64,000 bases of DNA from Octopus vulgaris. Its lineage: Eukaryota. The position numbers and the translations under genes are program-made. Location of the stretch: positions 68,572,001 to 68,636,000 of the forward strand of contig OX597823.1 in assembly GCA_951406725.2 (NCBI GenBank), in the 5' to 3' direction. Within the stretch, counting starts at the first letter, position 1. Every line of letters starts with the position of its first letter. Positions 54,197-64,000 of this stretch are shown here, piece by piece. The notes under the pieces were generated by a model. The model ran no database searches and had not been told where the DNA came from. It saw only the letters and a program-made list of their open reading frames with translations.

Positions 54197-54364
54197 CAGT
54201 GCTGTCTTAAAGCATGAGCACACTCACCAGTTGCCTGGGGCCCTTATGGGTGTAGGGGCTCAATTATAATTTATGTGTGCTGTGGCTTGTAGTGAATAAA
54301 TAAACACTATAAGGTCTAGTGTAATGATCTGCCCATGGCCTATAATGCTGCTAAGACAGCCCTG
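54197..54364. mobile_element. hAT-like MITE
   Basis: TIRs cagtgctgtctta / taagacagccctg. Degenerate 8-bp flanks gtggtgat / gtagtact. Confidence 0.65.
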
Positions 54365-55912
54365 GTAGTACTAGAATGTAATATCAAGGTAACATGTCCA
54401 AGAAGATGATTATCAGAGAGTGTGAAGAAAAATAGATGAGGAAAATGTGAAATGGATAGAAACATGGATGGAGGTGATCAATTGAGTACAGAGAATGAAT
54501 GTTGGGAATGAGGAACAGGAATGTTGGTCACTGAGGGTAATATAAATGAGGGATAATGATAAAAAAGGAAGAGGGATGAAAATTGGAAGTAACTTGGAAG
54601 ATAGGGAATGACTAGCAGTACAGAAATGGCAATGTGATAGGGTTTGTAGCTTTCATTACTTACAGCTGCAAAGTAATACAGCAGATAGAAGAATGACAGA
54701 GGGATGAGTGAAAGGGAAAGGAGAGGAGGGGTTAAAGGTTGCAAGTGTGTGGAGTACAGTGAGATATGGAATAAATAAGGCGAGGATGGTCAATGATATG
54801 AATGAGGGATGAACATCAACAGAGAATGGCTTAGGAGAGGGAACCAGATGTCTGGGTGGAGATGGGGATGAGTCGGCAGGGAGATTGAGTGAGGCACCTA
54901 GTTATGTGCAAACATATGCTTTGGGAAGTTAGCATAACTGAGAAGGTATTCTTGAATATTGCAAATCATTACTCATCTTTCTCAGACTTTTTTTTCTTCC
55001 AATTATTCATTATAAATGAATACAGATATCTTTATTCTTACATAGAGAAACCAAAAAAAAATTGTTTGAAAACACTTTTAAGTATAATGAACTGACTCAA
55101 AATGAACATATTCAGCATACACATAAACGCACATAAGTATACAAGAAACCCACAGAGGAGTCTCTACATGCTTGATCCAACAGCTAGAAAGAGCATCTAA
55201 ATCAATCACTCTACAATCTTTCGAAAAAGTAGAGCACGTTGAATAATGTAAGCTAGGGAATACTGTTTCTGAAATTAAGGCAGGGTGGCCAAGGATTCTT
55301 TGCTTTCATTGAAAGCAGTGCTCAATAAGAACTGACTCCTGACTTCATACATCACCTAGTAGTATACAAAAATATCCAAATACACACATGTATGCATCTA
55401 AATATAAACATGAGTATACACAGTTATCAACTGCCTCAGTGGTTTTTAACCTGCAGACACATTTTCAAGCAACAGTATGTTATTTTCAATATTATTCCTG
55501 GTAAGTCAATTAGCTACTTAATTTCAATGGCCTTCATTGAAGACACTCTAAACATTAGGCTTAAAATGAAATAAAATAAACAGTAGTGTTCATGTAAAAG
55601 TAACTTTTGACAATTAAGTATCTTTTAATCGTCATTTTGCTTTTTTTTTCATGTGATTGTTATCTTCTTCAAAGAATGATGAACTTGAGTTAAATATATT
55701 TTTTGTCAGAAGTCAAATGCTAAAACATAGAAACATAATGAAGATCAAAGGGTGTCTACAATATAGTTAACATAGGTTAGTGAGCTGAAAGAAAAACATC
55801 AATTTTATGTATTCATAAATGGACACAAAAACCTGTCTATTTTAAAGCATATAAAGAGGTTTATAAATTGTATTTATGAGCAAACTTGCAGTTATAAAAG
55901 TTTTTAACTCAC

Positions 55913-55994
55913 CAGTAGTCTCAGCAGTAAGTAAATAATTTTTAGCTCCATTTGGAAGATCAATCTCGCTATTCATTTCTACCAGCAGTATTTC
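55913..55994 (-). CDS. Candidate internal exon of an unidentified host gene (EILLVEMNSEIDLPNGAKNYLLTAETT)
   Basis: Acceptor tttatattacag and consensus donor CTG|gtgagt. 82 nt, only one open frame, non-repetitive sequence. Confidence 0.45.
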
Positions 55995-56319
55995 CTGTAA
56001 TATAAATATATATAACAAAAAATTATTAATGCATAAAAAAAGAGACACATTTATAACTGGATGCATGCACACAGATAGACAAACATGATATATATATATG
56101 CAAACATACACACATACACATACATATAGCTAGTTAGATAGACATATGCTTATTTACTTTTATAATGCTCCTGGTTTCAGACTGCAGCCATGCTGAAGCA
56201 CCAGTGTTTAGTCAATTAAGTCAATATCCTCACTTATTTTTAACCTTGGTATTTAATTTAATAATTTCTAATTTTTGAATGGCTAATGTTACAAAACAAA
56301 GACACACACACATAGACAA

Positions 56320-56365
<46 letters not shown>

Positions 56366-56370
<5 letters not shown>

Positions 56371-58060
56371 CAAAAAGTTAAAATTTGGTCATAGAGTTAC
56401 TAAAGGTTCTATATCCAAAATATCCACAACTTTATGGACAAAAAAATTAAGCTTTCTACCAGTGAACGTGAGGAAATGCTCAGATATCGAGATTTAATGG
56501 CTAATGTATAAAACTGTTAATGAGGGCGAGTTATCTCCCCTGGACCAGAGGATAAAACCCCTTACAGACCCGAAATAGCCTAACCAGCAAATGGGAGATC
56601 CAATTATCCAATAGGCCTGATATGGACACATTTAGAGAAAACTATTTACAACTATTCAACACACCAGATTTAGCATAGTCCATAAGAATTTTGGTTCTCT
56701 CCATGATGCAGATTTTGCAATGGCCACTCCCATTAATATATGGGCCTGGATGATCTATTATTTCCCACTTGATATCACATGGGGTCCCTTGATCTTTGAG
56801 GTGCCACACATGGCTGGCCAGGGACATGACAAGACATCTTTCTGGGACTCTGAAGGATTATTGGTGGTTGCGGAAGCAACATTTGAAAGATGTATTGGCT
56901 GATCCAATATATTTACAAACTTGGGATGTGGCTATATTTGCACTCTTGATATATCTCTGGTAGGCTCCAGGACTGGGAATGCTGTTGGTAACACTGTTGC
57001 TAACATTGTCAATATGATGCAATGACCCAGTGGTGTTACTGATGGGATTATAGTTTCTGGTCATATGGCTGGTGAAGTAGCTGCCAACATGAGTGTGGGT
57101 ACGGCTGGTGGGAACATACGGTATGGTGCCAGTCATCTCATTGGTGTTAGTAATAATTGTTTAGTTATTATCTGTGGTGGTGGTACTGGGGATGCCAGAT
57201 AGCTCTGTGTTGCTGTTCCCGGATTGGTCATCATCTCTAGGTGTGGTGATTGTACAACTGGTAAAATATGGTGCAGGCCTGGTCACTATCGGGATCAATG
57301 ATAATGGTTTGTTCATCATCTTTGGCTGTAGTACTGGGGTCGCCGGGCACTTCCTCTGTGTTGCTGGCCCCAGGCTGATCATCATCTCTGGCTATGGAGA
57401 GACCTGATTAATCTGCTATTATTGCTCTTGGATGGTACATTGCTAGTAATGCAGTTAACAGGTCTAGGTGTCACTGCAGCTTTATAGATGATTCCTTTAG
57501 CCTTGCATTGACCTCCTACTGGACAGTTATTGTATATACTGCAAGAGTAACCTGCCTCCTCCTTTATAATGTGGGTGCTTGTTAAAATGCTTTTTATGTT
57601 AGGTGGATAACTAAAGGAGATTCCTAGGTTGTGCCTGTTATGTAATTTCCTGTATCCATGTGTGCATGTGAAATGTTTATCTATTAAGTTAATGAAAATC
57701 CTTCCCACACAAATATTGATGTTGAGCAAAAAGGGTGGAGCAAACCAAATATCTTTTCTGTGGTGCCTCCTTTTCAGGGTGCTAATGCCTGGCATATAGA
57801 TGTGGTCCTTAAATCCACTTCATACCAGTACCTCATTATAGTAGGGGACAGTGGTGTCAAAGATATCTTGGCTAGAGGATAGATTCGAGATCCACTTGCT
57901 TACACTTTTCATTAGGTTCTTGAAAACTACAGTTGGGCCACAAGAGGCTGTGCTAATATAGGACAGCTTCTCATTTGACTTGTGATAGGGCCTGTATGTA
58001 CTAGAGCCTAGATCTAAAGTTACATATTGGTGAAAAGTGGTTAGGAGTCCATACAAATCA
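56366..58060 (-). mobile_element. 5'-truncated, degenerate Penelope-like retroelement (RT C-terminus, Cys-rich linker, split GIY-YIG endonuclease, 3' UTR)
   Basis: VTLDLGSSTYRPYHK...YYNEVL, IWFAPPF...VGRIFINLIDKHF, CPVGGQCKAKGIIYKA, KYIGSANTSFKCCFRNHQ*SF and WHLKD...CKICIMERTKIL. The 3' end abuts (AT)n. Confidence 0.9.
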
Positions 58061-58306
58061 AAAATTACAGTTAAAAACGTAAATGCAGATGGAAAAGGAA
58101 CAGAAGTATATTTTAGAGAATGTTTAATAAAATATTATTGGTTTCAATGTATCCATCTTATCAAATATTAGAAATATTAGAAAGAATTTTGGTGAGTCAA
58201 AAATAAAAGACACTTTTTAGCAGGTTTAACAGTTTGTACCCAAATTTTAGTTCTTAATGAAGTTTTACTTTAGTCAGTCTCTTAGAAATGTTTATATATA
58301 ACATAG

Positions 58307-58341
<35 letters not shown>

Positions 58342-58448
58342 CAAATGATATATAAATATATATAAGCATATATATATATAACATATATATAAAGATGTAT
58401 GTATAACATATCTAACAACATATATATATATGTGTGTGTGTGTGCATG

Positions 58449-58479
<31 letters not shown>

Positions 58480-58482
58480 TTA

Positions 58483-58518
<36 letters not shown>

Positions 58519-58919
58519 GAATATACTAATATATACACATTTATATATAGGCCACCATCCATAAAACCATTCCAATACAATGGTAAATGACTAAATAAAT
58601 AAATGAATGGTGAATAGGAAGGAGGGTCCCTCCTTCTCTTGCTCCTTCTCTTTAACTATCTATCTATCAACCTACCTATATTTCTATCTACCTACATATA
58701 TTTCTATCTATCTATCTCCACTCTCATGGAACCTCACCTAAAACAACAAAAACGATGTTCTCTTCTTCTAAACAAAACCCCCCAAAAAAATCATCTGTCT
58801 TATGTCAATGAACAAGCTGTTTGTACATTCACAAAATTTTATTTGACATGTTCGAGAAATGAACAAAAGCACTAATAATAATGAAGAAATAAAAAGATTT
58901 TTTGCTTCCAAAATTCTGA

Positions 58920-58922
58920 TAA

Positions 58923-58982
<60 letters not shown>

Positions 58983-59118
58983 CTATATATATCTATATAT
59001 ATATATAAATATATACACATTTATATATATCTCTCTCTCTATATATATATATATATATACAAATATATACACATTTATATATATCTATATATATATATAT
59101 ATATACAAATATATACAC

Positions 59119-59153
<35 letters not shown>

Positions 59154-59164
59154 AATATATACAC

Positions 59165-59236
<72 letters not shown>

Positions 59237-59309
59237 AGCAATATATATATATAGATAATAATATAAATATGTATATATTTGTGTGTATATATATATATAA
59301 ATATATATA
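58920..59309. repeat. (CT)n(AT)n microsatellite with tandem aaatatatacacattt units
   Basis: Direct reading; the unit is repeated about 4 times. Confidence 0.9.
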
Positions 59310-59672
59310 TCTATATATATAAAGCTGAAGTTGTCTGTGTATGGCAGGTTTGGTAGCCTTCAACTAACACAATCTCCTCCGAGACCCTGTGGCACAAGTT
59401 GACCAAAATTAAGATGATGATAGAAGAAGGCTTGCTCCTCCTTCTGTAGAAGAAATAATTATTTACATCAAAAAGGTGTTCTTTTTTTCTATGAAAATCC
59501 CCATTTTTTACGATTTTTTTACTGCTGTGTCGCCATTTTTCAGTGTATTTCAACCAGAAAAATGTTCACTTAAAGAGAATAACAAGCTACACAATGCAAA
59601 ATTTTTACTTTTCAAAACTTCCAATTCTAAAGGGTCGAAACAAACCCGAGCAACGCTGGGCGATACTGCTTG
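59310..59672 (+). mobile_element. Non-autonomous Helitron
   Basis: 5' TC (tctatatatataaag), 3' hairpin cccgagcaacgctggg (59645-59660) and terminal CTTG (variant of CTAG), sitting between A and T. Confidence 0.7.
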
Positions 59673-60029
59673 TACATTATATATATATATATATATATCA
59701 TATAGATATATTATATAAATATTATATATATATATATATAATATATTACATATATATATATAATATATTACATATATATCATCATCATCATCATCATCAT
59801 CATCGTTTAACGTCCGCTTTCCGCGCTAGCATGGGTTGGACGGTTTGACCGGGTCTGGGAAGCCAGGGGCCGCTCCAGGCTCCAGTCTGAATCTGGCAGA
59901 GTTTCTACGGCTGGATGCCCTTCCTAATGCCAACCACTCCGTGAGTGGATTGGGTGCTTTTTACGTGCCACCTGCACAGGGGCCGGAGGGTCCGGCATCG
60001 TCACGATCGGATTCGAGCATTTTAACGTG

Positions 60030-62175
60030 TCAGCGGCACGGGGGCAACGAGGTCCGGGGTACTTTGGGGATTGGGGTATTTTGGGGATCCAGGGTACTTT
60101 GGGGATCCGGGGTACTTAGAATGGGTAGGGGGGTACTTAGAATGGGTAGGGGGGTACTTAGAATGGGTAGGGGGTATGTGGAATTGCTGCAGAAAGCAGC
60201 CCGGGTCTTTGTAGTCACAGCATATCTCCAGAGATCTCGGTCCTTCGCCATTGCCTCAGTGAGGCCCAATGCTCTGAGGTCATGCTTGACCACCTCATCC
60301 CATGTCTTCCTGGGTCTACCTCTCCCCCTGATACCTTCAACTGTTTGGGAGTGGCACTTCTTCACACATCTCTCTTCATCCATCCGCAGCACATGACCAT
60401 ACCATCGCAAGCGTCGCTCTTGCACACCACATCTGATGCTTCTTATATCCAGCATTTCTCTCAGGATACTTACACTCTGTTTTGCGTGCACACTGACACT
60501 ACACATCCAGCGGATCATGCTAGCTTCATTTCTTTCAAGTCTACGCATGTCTTCTGCAGTCACAGCCCATGTTTCATTACCGTGAAGCATGGCAGTTCGC
60601 ACACATGCATCATATAATCTACCTTTTGCTCTGAGGGAGAGGCCTTTTGTTGCCAGTAGGGGTAGGAGCTTTCTGAACTTTGCCCAGGCTATTCGTATTC
60701 TAGTAGTGATACTCTCTGTGCATCCACCTCCGCTACTAACTTGGTCTCCCAGGTAGCGGAAACTATCAACTACTTCTAGTTTCTCTCCCTGGAGTGTGAT
60801 GGAATCTGTTTTCTGAGTGTCTGTTGTGTCTATTGTCCCTGTGCATCTGCCGCACATGAAAGCTATCTTATCTGTTAATTTCCCTTTAATGTTGCTGCAC
60901 CTCTTATGTGTCCATAACTTACATTGGGTGCATCTTATGGAGTTTCTACCTGTACCTTTCCTACAGGTTGAGCAGGGCCACCTACCCGAGGGGATGTGTG
61001 TTGAGTACCTCTTGCTGCTTACTAATACTTTGGTCTTTGCTACATTTATTCTAAGGCCCTTTGATTCCAACCCTTGCTTCCATACCCGAAATTTCTCTTC
61101 TAGTTCCGGTAGTGATTCTGCTATGAGAGCTAGGTCATCGGCATAGAGGAGCTCCCAGGGGCATCCCGTTTTGAATTCCTCTGTTATTGCTTGAAGTACT
61201 ATGATGAACAAAAGGGGACTGAGGGCTGAGCCCTGGTGCACACCTACTTCTACTCGGAATTCTTCACTATATTCGTTGCCAATCCTAACCTTGCTAACAG
61301 CCTCTCTGTATAGAGCCTGTACAGCCCTTATTAGCCATTCTTCAATCTCCAGTTTCCGCATCGACCACCAGATAAGGGAACGGGGAACCCTGTCAAAGGC
61401 TTTCTCCAAGTCTACAAAAGCTATGTAGAGGGGTTTATCTTTAGCTAGGTACTTCTCCTGCAGTTGTCGGACCAGGAATATAGCATCAGTGGTGCTTCTA
61501 CCTGGTACAAAACCGAACTGCATTTCATCTAAACAAATTCTCTCCCTAATGAGATTGGTTATGACCTTCTCTGAGACCTTCATCACCTGGTCCAACAGTT
61601 TGATACCTCTGTAGTTATTTCTATCTAGAGCATCACCCTTACCCTTGTAGCAGTTGACTATGGTACTGCTGCACCAGTCATTGGGTATGGCTCCATTGTG
61701 AACTACCTGGTTTACAATGCGGGTGACTATGGCATGGCCCACATAGCCAGCTGTTTTAAGCATCTCAGCAGTGATTCCTGATAGGCCAGGGGCTTTGCCT
61801 GGTTTCATATCCTTAATTGCCTTATCTACAAGGGAGCTGTCTATTCGGGTAGCTGGTCCCTCTACTGGGTCAACATTTGGCAGGCTCTCCTCCTCCCATT
61901 CATTCTCCTCATTTAGCAGTCTTTCATAATGGCTTCTCCAGGCCTCTTTCTTTTCACTAGTAGTAAAAGCAAGTGCCCCATCATCCATGCGGACACATTT
62001 CTCTCCTATAACATCGCTATTTTCTCTGACACACTGTCTGGCAATCCGAAATACTTCAGCTCTTTGATCCTCGCGACGCTGGACATTGGCAAACTTCTTC
62101 TTTTCTGCTACATCTTTGGCAATGTATACCTGCCGCCCAGCCTCCCTTTTGGCTATCTGGTACAGTTCCCTGCTG
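60030..62175 (-). CDS. RTE polyprotein, RT part (with PHD-like finger)
   Basis: QFGFVPGRSTTDA, FVDLEKAFDRV, GVHQGSALSPLLF, LLYADDLAL and FRYLG. The frame stays open upstream of the 61988 ATG to ~62175 (GSRELYQIAKREA...). Confidence 0.95.
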
Positions 62176-63372
62176 CCCCCTCCTTCCAGGCTTTCCAGGC
62201 CCGTCTCTTTTCACAGATGGCTTTATCTACTGCACTATTCCACCACCACGTAATTCTAGGTCTGGAAGGGACTTTGCACCATCCACAAACTTGGTCTGTG
62301 GCACTCAACAAGCTGTCCCGTAGGAATTCCCAGCTACCTTCTATGTCTGACGTCTGAAGCTCCTCTTCCCTCTCATCAAATTTCTTGATGAGTATGTCCC
62401 TAAATTTCTGACCATGCGAAGGGTTCTTTAGCCTCCAAATCCTTCTTTTCTGGATTGGTTTGTTTCTTGGAGTCCTTCTGGCCTCAAGCTTAAAGTCACT
62501 GATGATTAGTCTATGCTGAGGGATACATTCTTCACCCGGGAGGGTCTTTGTATTCAAGAGCAACCCTGCATCCCGTTGTCTGGTGAGGATGAAGTCTATT
62601 TGGCTAGCGGAGTCTCCTGACTGATAAGTTATAAGGTGGCAGACTGGCTTCTTGAAGTTAGTGTTGCAGATTGAAAGGTTACATGCATCACAGAATTCCA
62701 GTAGTCTAGTTCCCTCATCGTTTCTGGTGCCAATACCATATCCACCATGTACCCCAGTGAAGATACCCGATTCCCGCCCAACATGCCCGTTAAAATCTCC
62801 ACCTACAAAGATGAGGTCCTTGTTACTAGTCTTTGAAGTAGCCTGCAGAAGGGTATCATAAAAGTTGTCCTTCTGATCATTTGGTAGTCCCGCTTGTGGG
62901 GCATAGGCTGAGATAATCATAGCTGTGCCACTCTGTAGGACCAACCTGAGCTTAAGCACTCTATCACAAACCCTGACAACCTCTATGACCTTATCCACCC
63001 ATTCCTCCGCAAGGAGAATGCCTACACCCCCTACACCTTCCGCGTTACCTTGCCAGTAGAGTTTGTATCTAAGTGCCTTGCCCGTGAGGACCCTAGCCGA
63101 AGCATCTCTCCATCTTACCTCTTGTATGCAGCATACATCAACCTGTCTTCTCTCTAGCATCTCTACAATCTCACTAGACTTGCCTGTCAATGTACCAACA
63201 TTGATAGTGCCAACTCTGAAAACTGGGAAGGAGATGTGGGGGGGACAGGGGGATTCGGCGCCTGAGAAGAGGAGGGTTGTAGTGGTGGTGATAGTTTTCG
63301 TGGTATTTTTCTTTTGATCTCTCTTCCAACCTGACCACGCCGTGGGCAGGAGCTGGTGTTAGCAGTGGACAT
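62176..63372 (-). CDS. RTE polyprotein, N-terminus and AP-endonuclease part
   Basis: RVGTINVGTL, CCIQEVRW, SAYAPQ, GGDFNGHVG, SQIDFIL and PQHRLII. The ATG at 63372 joins this frame if one base is added in the G7 run at 63238-63244. Confidence 0.9.
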
Positions 63373-63926
63373 TTGTTATCGTCTCTGAGTAACGTAATTA
63401 GGTAGAGGAAAGAAATACAGATATTCTAGAGTTGAGTTGGGGAGGTCCAGTTGAGGCGGGTAATATAGGGGAGCAACCAGTGGGGAAGGTTGGGGTAAGG
63501 AGGAACGATGGCAGGAAGGGTTGGTGTAGGTTCCTAAGAAATAAAAACGTAGGATATTACGAGGCGGGAGGGTACTAAAGGGGATGGTCGGATTGACGAG
63601 GCGGGAGGGTACTAAAAGGGGATGGTCGGATTGAGGCAGTAAGCGTAAGATCGGTGGGCAGTTGATGAGCTATGGCGCTAGCAGCTTGTCTTAAGCATAT
63701 GAGGAGAAGGGTACTAAAAGGGGATGGTCGGATTGAGGCAGTGTCAGGAGGAAGCGTAAGATCGGTGGGCAGTTGATGAGCTATGGCGCTAGCAGCTTGT
63801 CTTAAGCATATGAGGAGAAGTGGTAGTGGGGGGAGGAGGAGGGAGTAGGGCGTACCCAGTGTAGATGAGTAAGGTGTATCCGGTGTAGATGGAGAGAACG
63901 GGGTATACTGGTATTGGTGGTGGGGG

Positions 63927-63960
<34 letters not shown>

Positions 63961-63964
<4 letters not shown>

Positions 63965-64000
63965 AGCATGGAAAGCAGATGTTAATTGACAATGATGATG
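63961..64000 (+). mobile_element. Extreme 3' tail of another RTE or RTE-tailed SINE
   Basis: tgccagcatggaaagcagatgttaattgacaatgatgatg matches the RTE terminus. Confidence 0.6.

Larger units (their letters stand above)
59778..63929 (-). mobile_element. Near-intact RTE-clade LINE (~4.15 kb)
   Basis: C-rich 5' UTR, APE plus RT ORF, 3' UTR and (GAT)n tail. Both ends lie in (AT)n tracts. Confidence 0.95.

Noticed and set aside
56380-56470. Hammerhead in the 3' UTR of the large Penelope element
   Set aside because: The position is homologous to 12661-12724, but both catalytic boxes are lost in this copy.
59836-63317. Several plus-strand ORFs of 69-186 aa
   Set aside because: Antisense shadows of the RTE coding strand with no independent motifs.

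Overview
AT-rich eukaryotic DNA. The SINE, LINE and microsatellite repertoire resembles Octopus; this is an inference from remembered repeat families, not a database search. There is no bacterial content, no CRISPR array and no complete host gene. The window is mostly mobile-element DNA: (1) a near-intact ~4.1 kb RTE-clade LINE (59778-63929, -) whose ORF is broken only by two 1-nt homopolymer frameshifts and carries a PHD-like finger inside the RT; (2) a Penelope-like element (56366-58060, -) whose GIY-YIG motif is split by a ~190-codon repeat insert; (3) a ~7 kb head-to-tail pile of R4/Dong-like restriction-endonuclease LINE fragments separated by microsatellites (19810-27002); (4) nested inside that pile, an ~880 bp near-perfect inverted repeat with a hammerhead-ribozyme motif at each outer end; (5) a second, older inverted pair with hammerhead remnants (12630-13460); (6) a degenerate 150-185 bp satellite (38680-43890); (7) several tRNA-derived SINE families, Tc1/mariner, pogo, hAT, piggyBac-like and Helitron relics. 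A few short candidate exons of an unidentified minus-strand gene are also present. Boundaries of degenerate repeats are approximate.
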